DNA of 64,000 nt from a virus. The stretch's first letter is position 1. The number at the start of each line of letters is the position of its first letter. Below are positions 41,201 to 52,065 of this stretch, in pieces. The position numbers and the translations under genes are program-made. Location of the stretch: IMG/VR virus record IMGVR_UViG_3300002460_000024, positions 1 through 64,000 of that record; one strand, written 5' to 3'. Below the pieces are notes generated by a model, which had not been told where the DNA came from, ran no database searches, and worked only from the letters and a program-made list of their open reading frames with translations.

Positions 41201-44200
41201 GCGGGTTTGCTCGTCAATATCTTTTTGAGTATCGCTTAAAACCTTCTCTCCTTTAATTTTCTTTATCCTTTCTGAACCGATTACCTGTTTGGCTGCACCC
41301 CTTTGAGCTCCCTTATATCCTTGGGTGGCTCTGGTGAATTTGCGACGTCGTTTTTGGCCTTTTGGAGATTCATTATATCTTTTTATGGCTCTTTGTACTG
41401 ATAATAACACCGCTTCTGGTGTCATTTTATTCCAAAGTGCCATTATCTGACCACCCTGGCCCGATAAACTCATCCTTTCTCCCACCGCTTCGGATAACTT
41501 TACCACCTTATCTAAAAGTTTAGCCCTATCCTTTCCTTCGGTCTTGGCCGCTTCCTGACCATAATAATCCATCAAGACTAATCCTAATGTATTCGCCATT
41601 AAATTATCTTGAATTGATACATTTCGGTCCATGGCTAATTCTTCTGCCTCTTCAACTCCATATTCGTCAATAAACCCCTGAGCTAATTGAACTGATTCTT
41701 TATTAGTTACCTCTTGGTAAAATAATGGGTCTTTATCCAAAAGGGCTTTTACTTCTTTCTTTCCTTCGTTTTTACGGGCAGTCTTACTTAACCCACGCTC
41801 CTTTTTCTTAAATTTCTTTCCACTGGCCTCTTTAATCTGAACCGCCATTTGTTTTTCAACCAACTTTTTATTTTCATCGGAGAGGTCCTTGTACTGTTTT
41901 GGGCCCTTATCTGAATTAAGCCATTTAATTGCATCAGCAATGCCATCGATCACTTTACCTCCGGCCTCTACGGTTTGGGCTGCTATCTCTATTGCTGCTG
42001 CATACCAATCGTTTGTGGTAATATCTATTTCTACATCATTACCATTCTCATCCTTAATGGTAAGGGTTTTCTTTTTAGGTGCCAGCTTCCTGATATTATC
42101 AGCTATCTCCTTTGTGGCTTTAGTGGCGACGCCAACTTTGGGCTCCTTTGTTTCACGTGAAACCTCCTTAACCGGCTCTTTTGTCTTCTTTACTGGTTCA
42201 CTTTTCTTGCTTTTAATATTTACACCCGTAACCTTTTTATACTGATCCTCTAGCGCCCTTAATGTAAGTTCGCGCTGCTTCTTGTACTGGTGGGGTCCAC
42301 CGCCATATTTTTCTATAAAGGCAATAATTTCCTTTACTTTAACACCCGCTTGTTGTGCTATGGTATCTAATGGAAGGGCTTTCGAAGAAAACCACCCAAC
42401 AGCCGACACAGATCCGTCTTTTACTTTGTTTGGCTCTCCCTCCTGGTTATAATCTTTCGCCTGCACTCCGTTTTGAGAAACAGCCTCAAATATTTTATTT
42501 TCTGTATCCACTTCATCCCGAATTCTTACTTTCTCGTTCTCCCAGGCCTCTTTAATTTGGGTAGGGTTGGTAGAAGTTTCGGCTATCTCGTCAGCCTTGT
42601 CGGTTTCAGCCATTGGGCCTTCTTCCACACCCGCCTCCAATCTTTCCTGATCGTACTTTTTAATCTTCGAAGATTCAAGATAAACCGTTCCTTTTGGGGG
42701 TGTTTTTTTAGTTTTGACGCGATTTTTGGTAACAAACTTTTGAGTTTCTACCTTATTGCCGGCAGCATCACGCCTAACAATCTCGTCGCCCTCCCGAACA
42801 TACCTTACTTTACTATCAGAAGATTCGAACACTGTACCTTGTTTAAGTTCAGCAAACTTGGCCGATACCTCATCCATGGTAATATCCTCACCGTCATAAT
42901 CCTTCATTTGCCCCTGTTCGTCAACATAGAACACAGAGTTTAATAACTCCCTTTCTTCTGGAGTGGGTAATGGGTCACCCCTATCAGTAAAATGGGTATC
43001 TATTAATTCCGCTTCTTTTTGGTTCCTTTCGGATTCGGACAATACCTCTTCCTCTGAAAGAGTGGTTTCCGGATAATCTATTTCTTCCGGGAGAACCACT
43101 CCACTTGGCTCAGTCGTTTCTCCGCTTGTTCCTTCGTTAAGTTTGGCTGGCTCAAGGCTTTGTTCGTTTTGGACATCACTTGATATCCCTGTTTTGTTTT
43201 CACTATCATATAATTCGGTTATTTGTTTTAATACTGTTTCATCATTGATGACGCTAAAGTTGGTGCCTCCCGATCTAATATCGGCCATCACTTCCGGCTT
43301 TGCCATCTCAGCCATAAATATCTCTTTTGGATAAGAATTCTTACCTATAAAATACATAGGCGCCTTACCAGCCACCACTTCCTGAACATTCTTCTCCATA
43401 TCCTTAATCTGGATATCATAAGTTTTCAACAGGGTTAGGTCCGTGGTATTAGCCTTTAATTTCTCCAGAGCATTAATATCGTCGAGCTTACTCATAATAA
43501 CATGCTTCTGAGGGGCACTTAAATTTGCTGGTATCTCTCTGCCCTTCAAAAATGCAAACTCCAATATCCCCATAGCTTCCAAATACCCTGGTTCATCTAT
43601 ATCTCCCCTACTCTTCAAAAGCTCAAGCCCCGCTTTGTTTTGCTTATAGGTTTTTTCCATATCGGGACCCTCCATTAGCATATCATACATGGTGGCCAAT
43701 TGATACTTTGATTCTGTGCCGGTATTCTTTGCGGTGAGGTCTGGTGCTGCCATTCCGAAAGACATTGCAAACCCTACCATAAATTCATTGGTTCCCGTAG
43801 GACTGTTTAATCTATCAAGGAAGGTTTGGTATGGGTTATGCGACGCGATTCTTCCCTGGTCCACTTCCTGCAGACCCTCCGTTATACCCTCTCCGGGTGC
43901 CTTAATCAGTGCAGATTTGAACCCTCTGGCCTTACCTAATTTCGTAAAGGCAAACATCATCTGCCCTATATTTATTGCTAAATAATTTAGATTTTGGGTA
44001 AAGGTGTCGGCAGTGTTTTTGGCGGCAACCTCTACGGCTACCCCATTTTGAAGTTGTGAATTAAAATCAGAACCCGCTTCAATAGTGGCATCAAACACCG
44101 TATTTACAACACCTGCAGTAATTCCAGAAGCTACCGTTCCTTCTATCCCTGCACCAACCACTCCGCCAGCCGCACCACCAGTTACTAGTGATCCACCTAT

Positions 44201-47107
44201 CATAGCTATCATCATTGGCGCCGAAGGAACCATATTGGTTATATACCAATCCGGATCTGTAAAACTCCTCCATCCGGAATATTCAACCTGAGATTGTGGG
44301 TTGGCTGAATTATAAGCTGCCATCAGGTCTCCCCATTTATTTTGAGCTTCAAAATCTCCCAAATAACCCATAGCGCCCCCAAAAGAATCGAACATATTTA
44401 AAATACCTCGTCCAAATTCAGTACTTATCTTTCCTGAATTGGGAATTGTATAGGCTCCAAACTGGTAGTCCGGCTGGTTCTGGTAAACTTGATTCGCCAA
44501 CTGGTTTACTTTGACATATCCTTCCGTTAGGTCCTGATCAAGCTGGTTGGTCATTATAGCATTCCACGCATCGATTGATTTTTTTACCGCTTCCTGGTCC
44601 GTGGGGTCTATATTTTTATAAAGTTCGTTCTTGAATATTGCCTCCTTATCCTTTACATATGCGGCATCCACGGTTTTAACTATACCCTGCAGGTGGGCTT
44701 GAAGTTTTTTGTTGGCTTTGGTAAACATCTCGGACTCGTCGGCTTGGATAGCTGCAGTCGTTTGATCAAGTAATGTTTGCCCATCAGCCAAGCTCATTTC
44801 TCCTTGAAATATCTTTTGCTGGATGGATTTTTGGGCCTCTTCTAATATAGGTATGGTAGATCCAATAAAATCAGCATGTTCTTTTTTGAATGCCAGGTTA
44901 AAAGAATCGCTTTCTAGTTTTAAAGTGGAGTTTAGGTTATTATAGATGACGGCATATTTCTGGTTTACCCCCTCAATTTCTTTCATGGCACTATTAAAGG
45001 AGGCTTCGAATGCTTTTGGGTTAGTTGGCACTACCCCTTGATCTATGGATGTTTTAAGGTTTTGATAGAGGGGTGACGAGATTATTGGTATGCTCTTATA
45101 TCCCGTTTGGGCGCCTGTAATCGGGTCGTACTCCCTTACAATTACCTCTTTATCACCATTAATGATACCCTTGGTTACTGTTTCGGCCTCAATGGTTCTT
45201 TCCTGTAAATTTCGATATGCCTGATACCCGTTTTTAACATAAGCGTCAATTTCCCGAAGTTGTGATGGTGTAATATCCTTGGTATTCACAACCGTACCGT
45301 CCTCCATGGTAAAGGATTTGTTCTGATTTTGGGTAATATAATCTTCTACCGTTATGTCGAATCCTGGCGAGTCTTGGATGTTCCATTTGGTTACGGTTCT
45401 TTGATCTTGCTTACCTTCCTGAAAGTCTTGTTCTGCCACGCTTAAAATAGCATCTTGTGTTTTATAAAGCTCTCCCAACAGCTTATTCCCAAGAAAGGAA
45501 TTTACCTCATCTCTAGAAATACGGGCACCGGCCAATAAAACCTTCTCATATTCAGGGCCGTTTTGGGCTATGAGCTCCTTAAACTTGTCATTATATTCAA
45601 TGGGAGCTTTGTTTTTATCATGAAGATCTCCTAAAAAGGTATCTCCAAACAACATGCCGGTTGGGTCAGAACCCTCCTTTCGATCGTACTCCAATCTGGG
45701 CTCAATTAAATCATTATAATCTGATTTTGTAATTGTGACGGCATCTTTGACGATTTTTTTATGCTCATCCATATAAAGATTTCCGATATCTGGATCGGTT
45801 AATATCTTGGTTTGAGAAAAATCTACGTCTAATTCAGGCAATCCTCCTTTTACTAAATTCCAATCTGATTTTATGGTTGAAGTTGAAACGTCGGGATCGG
45901 GGGTCGTTTCGCCAGTAGATCCCGTACTCGCGGGTTTATTTTTTTTTTGCCCTACTTGACCAAGTGGGGTTTCGAGTTCAACAAATTCTTGTCCTTTCCT
46001 GACAAATTCCTTTGCATCTGGATTCTTAGATTGGAATACTTTTATTTTGGCAATGTCGTCCGAGGCATACCTTACCTTCTTATCTCCTACCATAAAAAAT
46101 CTCCATGGTTCAGTTGTGGGTGGCGTAGCTTCTCCTTCGGGTATTACTGTTCCATCTTGGGCGACGAGATTATTGGCTTGCCCATTATTGTTTTGTTGAT
46201 GATCAAATATTTTATCCTTTAAAGCCTCATTGTGGGCTATAATATTCTTTACGTGGGGCCGATTATCACCTTTAAATTTATCAATTTTTGCCTGCACTAA
46301 TTTATAGGCTTTGGCCGGAACCATCCCATGCATATCTGCCGGAAAGTCTTTAGTGGCTGGTATTTTGATGGCTTCATTATCTTCGTTATCAGAATAAACA
46401 CGACCCTCTTTATTGGTCATATCTACTATTTCCCCCTTCTCTGCCTCTAATTTTTTACCGTTGGCAACTATATCTTCCCCTCCCTTTTCGTGGGTATCAC
46501 CTTTAATTTCAACTACTTCGTCTCCAACCTTATCAATAGCGCCGCCATCCTCCATATAATAAGCCCCAAACCTACGAGCATCTGTATAAAAAGATTCCCC
46601 TTGATTAAAGCTCTTAGGTACCTGTAAAACCTTATTTGTGCTCTTACTTAGTGGGCCGGTTTCCATTGGCAGGTACATATTTCTACTTACCGTACCAACC
46701 CACCCTTCATTATTACTTTTATCTGTAGCTGTTTTTACAGGATTCCATGTTTTTGGATCGTTTCCTTGACTACTTACCATAAAATCAAGATGTTTTTTAT
46801 ACTCTGGTTCGGCTTGTCCAGCGGTATAAATGTCCTGATAAAGTGTTTGAATAACTGGAAAATCGGCTTCCGTTAAATCGTCAGAGGCTGTTAAGTTTTC
46901 ACTAGCAACAAATTCGGCAAATTTTTTCTTATAAAAATCCTGGCCACTTGAGTAATTTCCGAACGAATCATTTTTATCTAGTAATTCCCATTTTGAAGCT
47001 CCCTTATCATCTTTTGGAAGCTCTGATACCGCTCTATCATTAAAATAAACTAAAAATTTATTCCACTGCTCGGCCTTTTTATTAGAAATTGGAATGGGTC
47101 TTGCCAT
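38288..47107 (-). CDS. Giant (2939 aa) virion cargo/ejection-type polyvalent protein
   Basis: GDTHEKGG...EAEKGE motif, Gly/Ala hydrophobic segment, helical C-terminus resembling large polyvalent proteins; lies in the structural module. Confidence 0.65.
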   Translation of the reverse strand: MARPIPISNKKAEQWNKFLVYFNDRAVSELPKDDKGASKWELLDKNDSFGNYSSGQDFYKKKFAEFVASENLTASDDLTEADFPVIQTLYQDIYTAGQAEPEYKKHLDFMVSSQGNDPKTWNPVKTATDKSNNEGWVGTVSRNMYLPMETGPLSKSTNKVLQVPKSFNQGESFYTDARRFGAYYMEDGGAIDKVGDEVVEIKGDTHEKGGEDIVANGKKLEAEKGEIVDMTNKEGRVYSDNEDNEAIKIPATKDFPADMHGMVPAKAYKLVQAKIDKFKGDNRPHVKNIIAHNEALKDKIFDHQQNNNGQANNLVAQDGTVIPEGEATPPTTEPWRFFMVGDKKVRYASDDIAKIKVFQSKNPDAKEFVRKGQEFVELETPLGQVGQKKNKPASTGSTGETTPDPDVSTSTIKSDWNLVKGGLPELDVDFSQTKILTDPDIGNLYMDEHKKIVKDAVTITKSDYNDLIEPRLEYDRKEGSDPTGMLFGDTFLGDLHDKNKAPIEYNDKFKELIAQNGPEYEKVLLAGARISRDEVNSFLGNKLLGELYKTQDAILSVAEQDFQEGKQDQRTVTKWNIQDSPGFDITVEDYITQNQNKSFTMEDGTVVNTKDITPSQLREIDAYVKNGYQAYRNLQERTIEAETVTKGIINGDKEVIVREYDPITGAQTGYKSIPIISSPLYQNLKTSIDQGVVPTNPKAFEASFNSAMKEIEGVNQKYAVIYNNLNSTLKLESDSFNLAFKKEHADFIGSTIPILEEAQKSIQQKIFQGEMSLADGQTLLDQTTAAIQADESEMFTKANKKLQAHLQGIVKTVDAAYVKDKEAIFKNELYKNIDPTDQEAVKKSIDAWNAIMTNQLDQDLTEGYVKVNQLANQVYQNQPDYQFGAYTIPNSGKISTEFGRGILNMFDSFGGAMGYLGDFEAQNKWGDLMAAYNSANPQSQVEYSGWRSFTDPDWYITNMVPSAPMMIAMIGGSLVTGGAAGGVVGAGIEGTVASGITAGVVNTVFDATIEAGSDFNSQLQNGVAVEVAAKNTADTFTQNLNYLAINIGQMMFAFTKLGKARGFKSALIKAPGEGITEGLQEVDQGRIASHNPYQTFLDRLNSPTGTNEFMVGFAMSFGMAAPDLTAKNTGTESKYQLATMYDMLMEGPDMEKTYKQNKAGLELLKSRGDIDEPGYLEAMGILEFAFLKGREIPANLSAPQKHVIMSKLDDINALEKLKANTTDLTLLKTYDIQIKDMEKNVQEVVAGKAPMYFIGKNSYPKEIFMAEMAKPEVMADIRSGGTNFSVINDETVLKQITELYDSENKTGISSDVQNEQSLEPAKLNEGTSGETTEPSGVVLPEEIDYPETTLSEEEVLSESERNQKEAELIDTHFTDRGDPLPTPEERELLNSVFYVDEQGQMKDYDGEDITMDEVSAKFAELKQGTVFESSDSKVRYVREGDEIVRRDAAGNKVETQKFVTKNRVKTKKTPPKGTVYLESSKIKKYDQERLEAGVEEGPMAETDKADEIAETSTNPTQIKEAWENEKVRIRDEVDTENKIFEAVSQNGVQAKDYNQEGEPNKVKDGSVSAVGWFSSKALPLDTIAQQAGVKVKEIIAFIEKYGGGPHQYKKQRELTLRALEDQYKKVTGVNIKSKKSEPVKKTKEPVKEVSRETKEPKVGVATKATKEIADNIRKLAPKKKTLTIKDENGNDVEIDITTNDWYAAAIEIAAQTVEAGGKVIDGIADAIKWLNSDKGPKQYKDLSDENKKLVEKQMAVQIKEASGKKFKKKERGLSKTARKNEGKKEVKALLDKDPLFYQEVTNKESVQLAQGFIDEYGVEEAEELAMDRNVSIQDNLMANTLGLVLMDYYGQEAAKTEGKDRAKLLDKVVKLSEAVGERMSLSGQGGQIMALWNKMTPEAVLLSVQRAIKRYNESPKGQKRRRKFTRATQGYKGAQRGAAKQVIGSERIKKIKGEKVLSDTQKDIDEQTRRKLAAIDKWADKNLGGMEGFMAATFIPPGIIQGAVKIMIKAIKEGVKLSASVQKAIAYVKAQMGNVSFDEDKLAKHFEGVYDKVQEFITVEVKNPIEDVESSVKQALRERSKKIDGIITSHFTERNETKQELIDRLVKDAGVTGQTANELAIAIEEEFNKITKGGAIKLVEKYFGKLEERGKVTEEMKEAKRDKNSVISKINETLNLNGLVDEKVLLEYFGERFGVKSLSERQIENILKYSEAVQKTEGKFKERAIQQLVQSISGMYGASGMEIYWALWYSSMLSGLSTSTINITNNAANVAAKYIENPLNPSLYFKALKDAIKNKDPKVFLYGSPLAETIMKPIYYFKGIKNNRQMTFNEILDILQHGMLDDKFADRQFQGGSKVEMSPLEDKRIANIPVLKYVEFYKYVGRMLQAQDALFFRTNEESEFISSVRRQFVEKGLTGKDLYEAVYNEIIGGNDRGAATTQMLKEAEVYEKITGNTLTVSQKTIRLIEILRAGRNEEAVAEAKESAETMVYRGDYRGGIGMAAYMLSTVTQSKNPIGVVSRLYVPFTKIVSNVFNYMVDYTPVYGMLRANGLGITGLAEKIKGPLSYMHKDIRSTQMGERGSKAYYDQMGRAWVGMGAFTTLAAIMMSQMDMDDDDQDKIIIVGSHAGLNYEQSANMENTYPKGNIRIGGHWLPYRLIPALDIPLTIVGNYMDLHRWKEGKGANEKLFMSVLSSKNTFLEKSFVQGVNKLVTTVFDDRINGVEKKGMEFLKTALGYMTKPLPQNTTLVTQIDDIFSKYEYKVDTFEDIMKYAAYNGWNLDKPKLDVFGFPIKTYPGEQFLPLKHWFGLQGGDPVWKKLASLNLTKKIGQFSDLKLYDENGVALPTTENQQYVYKAMAGREWYKMLNETLNDDEKIEDLLDYHEVEYEEIGDDEREKVIKITKKDAATISYYRISSEYGIKYNVKDMDWIKYVPEIELEDIEE

Positions 47108-47821
47108 GTTGCTATACTTTTTTCAAAGATAGTAACTTTTTAGAACTTTATAACTCGGTGTGGGTGATAGTAAAACACGGTATCATACATATCATAAGGG
47201 GGAAAATGAAAAGGCTGTGAAACAACTTGCCCAGTTCCATCAAGTACAGCATCATAAAATGTAGGGTTCCATTTTCCATAAATCTTTTTAGATGGATAAG
47301 ACTCTAACCAGATAGCATCTTCGGAACAGCTTAAAATATGCCCACCTTGCAAGTAATAGGTGTATATCATTTGCCGATTAATGGTTATTTCAACAGAGGA
47401 GTCGGTTTTATAAGCTTCTATTATTGACCCATAATTAATAAATATACTGTCATATTTTAATATGCACCTTATATTCTCACTTTTAAAGGACTGGGCCTGA
47501 ATTAAATTAAATCCAAGAATCAGTAAAAAAATCAATTTTTTCATTCTTCTGTTTTTAGTATAACGCTATTGTAGTATTGGTTATTGTTGGGACGACGCAA
47601 TTAATCTCATTTTTTTTCGTATAAACGGTCTCAGGTCTGACTATTCAGAGAAGGAGATAGATTAGGAGGAAAGGTCTTCAAAAAGAGCTTACAAAAAACA
47701 ATGTAAAAAATAAGCCCTTTTTGAAGACCAGACTATTCGTCGCTATCGATGAGTTTATCGGATGAGGCTGTTACCGGAAAGAGCTTTCCAGTCCTGCGTA
47801 ACATTTAACTTCAAGGAACTT

Positions 47822-47887
47822 TATTTATCTGATCCAAACCCGTAGGTAAGTGTGGCCGCTAAAGGATAATGTGGCTTATATCCAGTT
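47822..47887 (-). ncRNA. Candidate structured ncRNA, copy 2
   Basis: Homologous to 6485-6551; acc-TACG-ggt tetraloop. Confidence 0.5.
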
Positions 47888-47918
47888 TCGGCAAGTCTTA
47901 GCTGCTATTAAAAATCGA

Positions 47919-48014
47919 AGCCCCCGTAGAAAAACTTGTGAAAGTTACGCCGGGGGCTATGGATTTTATTCCAATATTATATATGGGTAACGTAACTTTC
48001 ACGAAACAAATATA
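47919..48014 (-). promoter_or_regulatory. Bacteroidota promoter plus leader attenuator
   Basis: TATATTTG (48007-48014, minus); 47991-48002 is the exact reverse complement of 47938-47949 in the loop of the agcccccg/cgggggct stem. Confidence 0.7.
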
Positions 48015-48132
48015 CGCTTTTTATTAAATAACACAATAAATCAAATATTTTTAGGTTATTTACTACGCACTCCGTTCTAGGGGTGTTTTAAGCTAACGGA
48101 ATAGAGGTCGGCAGGCCCCTATTTATTTTAAA

Positions 48133-48930
48133 ATGGAAAAAATGAAATGTTGCTCAAAATGTAAAATAGAAAAGGACGAGTCTGAGTTTAAGGCTTATAC
48201 ATATAAGCACAAAAGAACAAGGGAGGTGATGCATAGTGTCTTGGGGCAGTGCGGCTCATGTATAAGATTAGGACATGTTAAGTGGACAAGAAAAAAAGGA
48301 ACTAAGCCTCGCGTTTATAGAGGGGTTCATAATTGCTTGGATGTATTGCCTTGTTCAAAATGTCACAAAAACAAACCAAAGGGTGAATTTAGGATAAGGG
48401 GTGATAAAAAGATGAAACATGATTATTATAATCCTGACTGTAAAACTTGCGAAAAAGAAAGAGCCAACAATTACTATGCTTCTATAAAAGATAATCCTGT
48501 TTTTAAGAGAAAAAACATAGAAAGAGTAAGGGCTTACGGAGAAAAGCATATAAGCGAAATTAAAATAAGGAAAAACACCCCTGAATATAAAAAGAAGAAG
48601 GCTGAATGGGAGATGGGCCGATATAAAAGAAAAAAGGATGAAATAAATGCAAAACAGAGAGAGAAAAGAAAGAACCCAAAACATAAGAAAATGGTTAGAG
48701 CTTATAGGTGTAAAAACAAAGATAAAATTTACAAACAAGAAGTTATTACAAAAAAAAGGTATGCACACAAGCATAGAGATAACCTAACCGATAAATATAT
48801 CAGCCGTCTATTAATATCGCAAGATATAGCAACAAAAGAAACCCTTAAGCAACATCCTGAAATTATTGAAGCTAAAAGATTACAAATACAAATAATAAGA
48901 GAAACAAAAACAAGTAAAAATGGAAATTAA
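48133..48930 (+). CDS. Basic protein with repeated CxxC motifs (homing-endonuclease-associated type)
   Basis: KCCSKCK, CGSC, CSKC, CKTC; Lys/Arg-rich; followed by 48920-49126. Confidence 0.55.
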   Translation: MEKMKCCSKCKIEKDESEFKAYTYKHKRTREVMHSVLGQCGSCIRLGHVKWTRKKGTKPRVYRGVHNCLDVLPCSKCHKNKPKGEFRIRGDKKMKHDYYNPDCKTCEKERANNYYASIKDNPVFKRKNIERVRAYGEKHISEIKIRKNTPEYKKKKAEWEMGRYKRKKDEINAKQREKRKNPKHKKMVRAYRCKNKDKIYKQEVITKKRYAHKHRDNLTDKYISRLLISQDIATKETLKQHPEIIEAKRLQIQIIRETKTSKNGN

Positions 48931-49483
48931 CACAATGAGCGATTTAATCGCAGATCTTTCTAAGGCTTATGAGAGTCTTAGGGAAAACAAACTTGGGCTT
49001 AATGAAGCCAAGGAAATTTCAAATATTGCAGGTAAGCTAATAAAAGGAGCTTCTGTGCAATTAAAGTACAACCAATACATGAAGGTGGCGGATGAAATTC
49101 CTTTTCTAAATTCAAAAAAGGAATAATCTACAAGTATTTGGTAGCGGCGATATTTAATGGTTGCCGCTACCAAATTTAACTAAAAACAAATTGATGAAAA
49201 AAGGTGATAAATACAAATTAATAAAAGACCTTCCAAGTCCAACCGACCCCTATTATATAAAACACTTTAAGGGAGATACCTTATTTATTATAAAAGATAT
49301 TTCTAAAAGAATTGTTTTGGTTAGTAAAAAACAAAACCTAACAAAAGGATTTAAAATAAATAAATCAAACTTAATATTTAACTCTTTTAGCCATTTAAAT
49401 AAGCCAACTCGCTTAAACAATTGGGACTATTTGGTTGATTCGAAGCACTTGGACCTTATCTTAGACTGAACAAAAAAACAATT

Positions 49484-50269
49484 ATGAAATTCGACATTTG
49501 TATTCCAGTAAACAATAATCTTGACTGCCTCAGAGTAGCAATATATGGGTGGGCTACATATATACAAGATAGAAAGTCTATCCGAAAATTTATCCTCCAC
49601 ATTCAAAACCCGAGCGAGGAGCTTGATGCGGTCACCATTATAAAAGAATACGGATTTGACGTCGAGGTTGTTTCTTTGGGAACCCCACAAGAAAATATGG
49701 TTCATCCTATGAATCGAATGTTTAATGCCTGTCAAGCTAAATGGGTAGTGATGGCAGAGCAGGATGTTTTTATATGCGACGCGATTGATCGCATAGTTTA
49801 TGATATGGAAACCCAAGGCTTTATTGCCGCTGGCCCTATTGATACCTTCTATTACGACAACATTAATGCCCGAAACCAAACCGCCTACGGAAGATACGCA
49901 AGGCTATCTGGTGAGCCTGGACATTACCATTCATCTTTAGTTATTTTGAACAAAGATTTCGTCCCACCAAATCCTTTCACAATCCCCGAAGGATATACCA
50001 TGCATGGTGTTGGGCTTTTTGGAGGGGAGCTATACCACGGCCTCAGAATAAACATCGATAAAGATAAATCCAAACTGGCCTTTTTTAGACAACAACACGC
50101 AGCCTATGGATATGGGGCCGATATACTTTGGGGCGATTTAAAACTTGCCACTCATTTGTATTACTCCTCCCATCAAAAAGTTTATACCGATCCTGGGGGA
50201 CACTTAAATCACGATGAAGCGGCGTGGTTGAGAAATGAAGAAATTAGATTTTTGAAGGATTATGATTAA
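49484..50269 (+). CDS. GT-A/GT2-like glycosyltransferase
   Basis: FDICIPV, VVMAEQDVFI (ExD). Confidence 0.6.
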   Translation: MKFDICIPVNNNLDCLRVAIYGWATYIQDRKSIRKFILHIQNPSEELDAVTIIKEYGFDVEVVSLGTPQENMVHPMNRMFNACQAKWVVMAEQDVFICDAIDRIVYDMETQGFIAAGPIDTFYYDNINARNQTAYGRYARLSGEPGHYHSSLVILNKDFVPPNPFTIPEGYTMHGVGLFGGELYHGLRINIDKDKSKLAFFRQQHAAYGYGADILWGDLKLATHLYYSSHQKVYTDPGGHLNHDEAAWLRNEEIRFLKDYD

Positions 50270-50280
50270 TCTCGTCGCCC

Positions 50281-52065
50281 CTACTGTTCTTCCCATTCAT
50301 TAATATCTGGGGTGACGGCAACTTTAGTTTTCTTTGATTTGATATTTTCAAAATCATTTACATTCCCCTCGTATTTCTCCTTATAAATATCCAAGGCCTT
50401 ATTAAAGTCAATTCCCGTAGCTTGGTCTATTTCTCCATTAACAAAAGAAAGTGGTATAATCGCTGACGGTTCATAAACCTTTTTATTCTTATCATCTAAA
50501 TAAGAAAGTTCACCGGAAACAAACTTACCACCCGCAATCATATTTTTTAAACCTATATTCTTTAAAAAAGTTTGTTCTTTTTTAGTAAGAATCATTCCCT
50601 GTAAACTTCCTGTTTTTTCAGCCGACCCATAACTTTTACCAAAATTTAATAAGAATTCATCATAGGCATTATCAATAACTTCTCCATTTGGCCCATATAC
50701 GGGCTTATCATAAGTCATTTTTGATAGGGTGTTTTTAAAATCATCAAACGTAAGATCAGCCCTAAAAGTGGGTGCCATAAATGGTTTTATGCCTGCTAAA
50801 GAAAACCTTGTGGCTCCCGCTGGAACTCTGTTTTGAGTATTGTCGTTTGCTTTTAAATAAAATGGAATTTCAACCACCTTATCTAAATTAAGTTGATTTT
50901 CTCCCTTACTAACCCCAAAACCATCTACATCCGTATCGCCCCAAATCTTATTAGCTGTATCTCTGGTTGAGGTAATTGTTGATGTTAACGGTTTCGCATC
51001 CCAATCCGTTTTTGCTGAGTATGATCCAAAATTGGTTACGCCTCCCGTGGTTTTTTTGCGGGTAGTATTTGTTTCCGACGCCTGTACCCCAAACTTAGAT
51101 AAATTATCAGCATTCCAGTTTTTTGCGGCGTCATCCCCATACTGGTCTATATAATCCTGTTTGGTTTCGTCGTCCAGTTTTTTAAATCTATTATCTGCTG
51201 ACTTTTTAATCATAGGAGAATCGTCATACCTTTCCAATTCCGCAGTTTTCGTTCCTATTATAGTTATTTCTTCTCCATCACTTGTTGTTACTGTCGTATC
51301 ATAAGGGAGGGTATATGTATATTGCTCGTCAATATAGGTTCCATCTGAAAGTGTTTTTCCAAAGTGCTGTTTGTTTTTTTCTGCAACCAGTGGTAATACA
51401 TTTTTTGTATAATCTTCTAACAATGAAGCATCATTTAAAATAGGTTCTGAAACATACTCTCTCCCATATTGATTTCTCCACTCTGTTCTGGCAGCGCCAA
51501 GGGCTTTTTCTGGATCTTGACCATAAACCGGATCTTCCAAAAAATGCTCATAAATTGGGGTGAACGTTTCGGCAATATCGGGGTCACTATCTACGTACAT
51601 ATCCGGCTGAGTAAATTTACCAGCATTCTCCATCATTGCATCCGTATCAAGATTTTTGGCTCCGTTTTTAATCAAACCCATATAAGGGTCAAGCATTCCC
51701 TTATGCTGTTGTAGGGAGGCTTTATGTTGATCGAATTCTGTTTTATAACGAAAACCATCCTGCATATCTTGTGTGGTAGGGTTGCCTGTAATCGTTTTAG
51801 CCTTCCAATTCATAAACTGATCCTCATATCCATTCAGATAATTTTGATCTGTTTCTAAAACTTTCCCTGCGGTAATGGATAAACCCTTATATAAATCGTC
51901 AAGTTTTTTTTGCTTTGCGTCTGTTTTAGCTTTATCCTTTGCGGCTGCCAATGCATTCGAATACTTTGCCAATTGAACCGGATCAAAAGAAGATTGTCCA
52001 AACATTACGGCAGCGCCGGTTCCGGCCTGTCTTTGATATACGGTAGAGGCTCCTGTTGCTGGCAT
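50281..52065 (-). CDS. Putative virion cargo/ejection protein
   Basis: 594 aa; position between the tail gene and the giant protein. Confidence 0.5.
   Translation of the reverse strand: MPATGASTVYQRQAGTGAAVMFGQSSFDPVQLAKYSNALAAAKDKAKTDAKQKKLDDLYKGLSITAGKVLETDQNYLNGYEDQFMNWKAKTITGNPTTQDMQDGFRYKTEFDQHKASLQQHKGMLDPYMGLIKNGAKNLDTDAMMENAGKFTQPDMYVDSDPDIAETFTPIYEHFLEDPVYGQDPEKALGAARTEWRNQYGREYVSEPILNDASLLEDYTKNVLPLVAEKNKQHFGKTLSDGTYIDEQYTYTLPYDTTVTTSDGEEITIIGTKTAELERYDDSPMIKKSADNRFKKLDDETKQDYIDQYGDDAAKNWNADNLSKFGVQASETNTTRKKTTGGVTNFGSYSAKTDWDAKPLTSTITSTRDTANKIWGDTDVDGFGVSKGENQLNLDKVVEIPFYLKANDNTQNRVPAGATRFSLAGIKPFMAPTFRADLTFDDFKNTLSKMTYDKPVYGPNGEVIDNAYDEFLLNFGKSYGSAEKTGSLQGMILTKKEQTFLKNIGLKNMIAGGKFVSGELSYLDDKNKKVYEPSAIIPLSFVNGEIDQATGIDFNKALDIYKEKYEGNVNDFENIKSKKTKVAVTPDINEWEEQ

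Noticed and set aside
40602-46222. Plus-strand ORFs within the giant gene
   Set aside because: Antisense shadows with no recognisable motifs.
38288-47107. crAss-type virion RNA polymerase
   Set aside because: No convincing DxDxD catalytic motif in context; MDMDDDDQD follows a hydrophobic helix and looks like an acidic linker.
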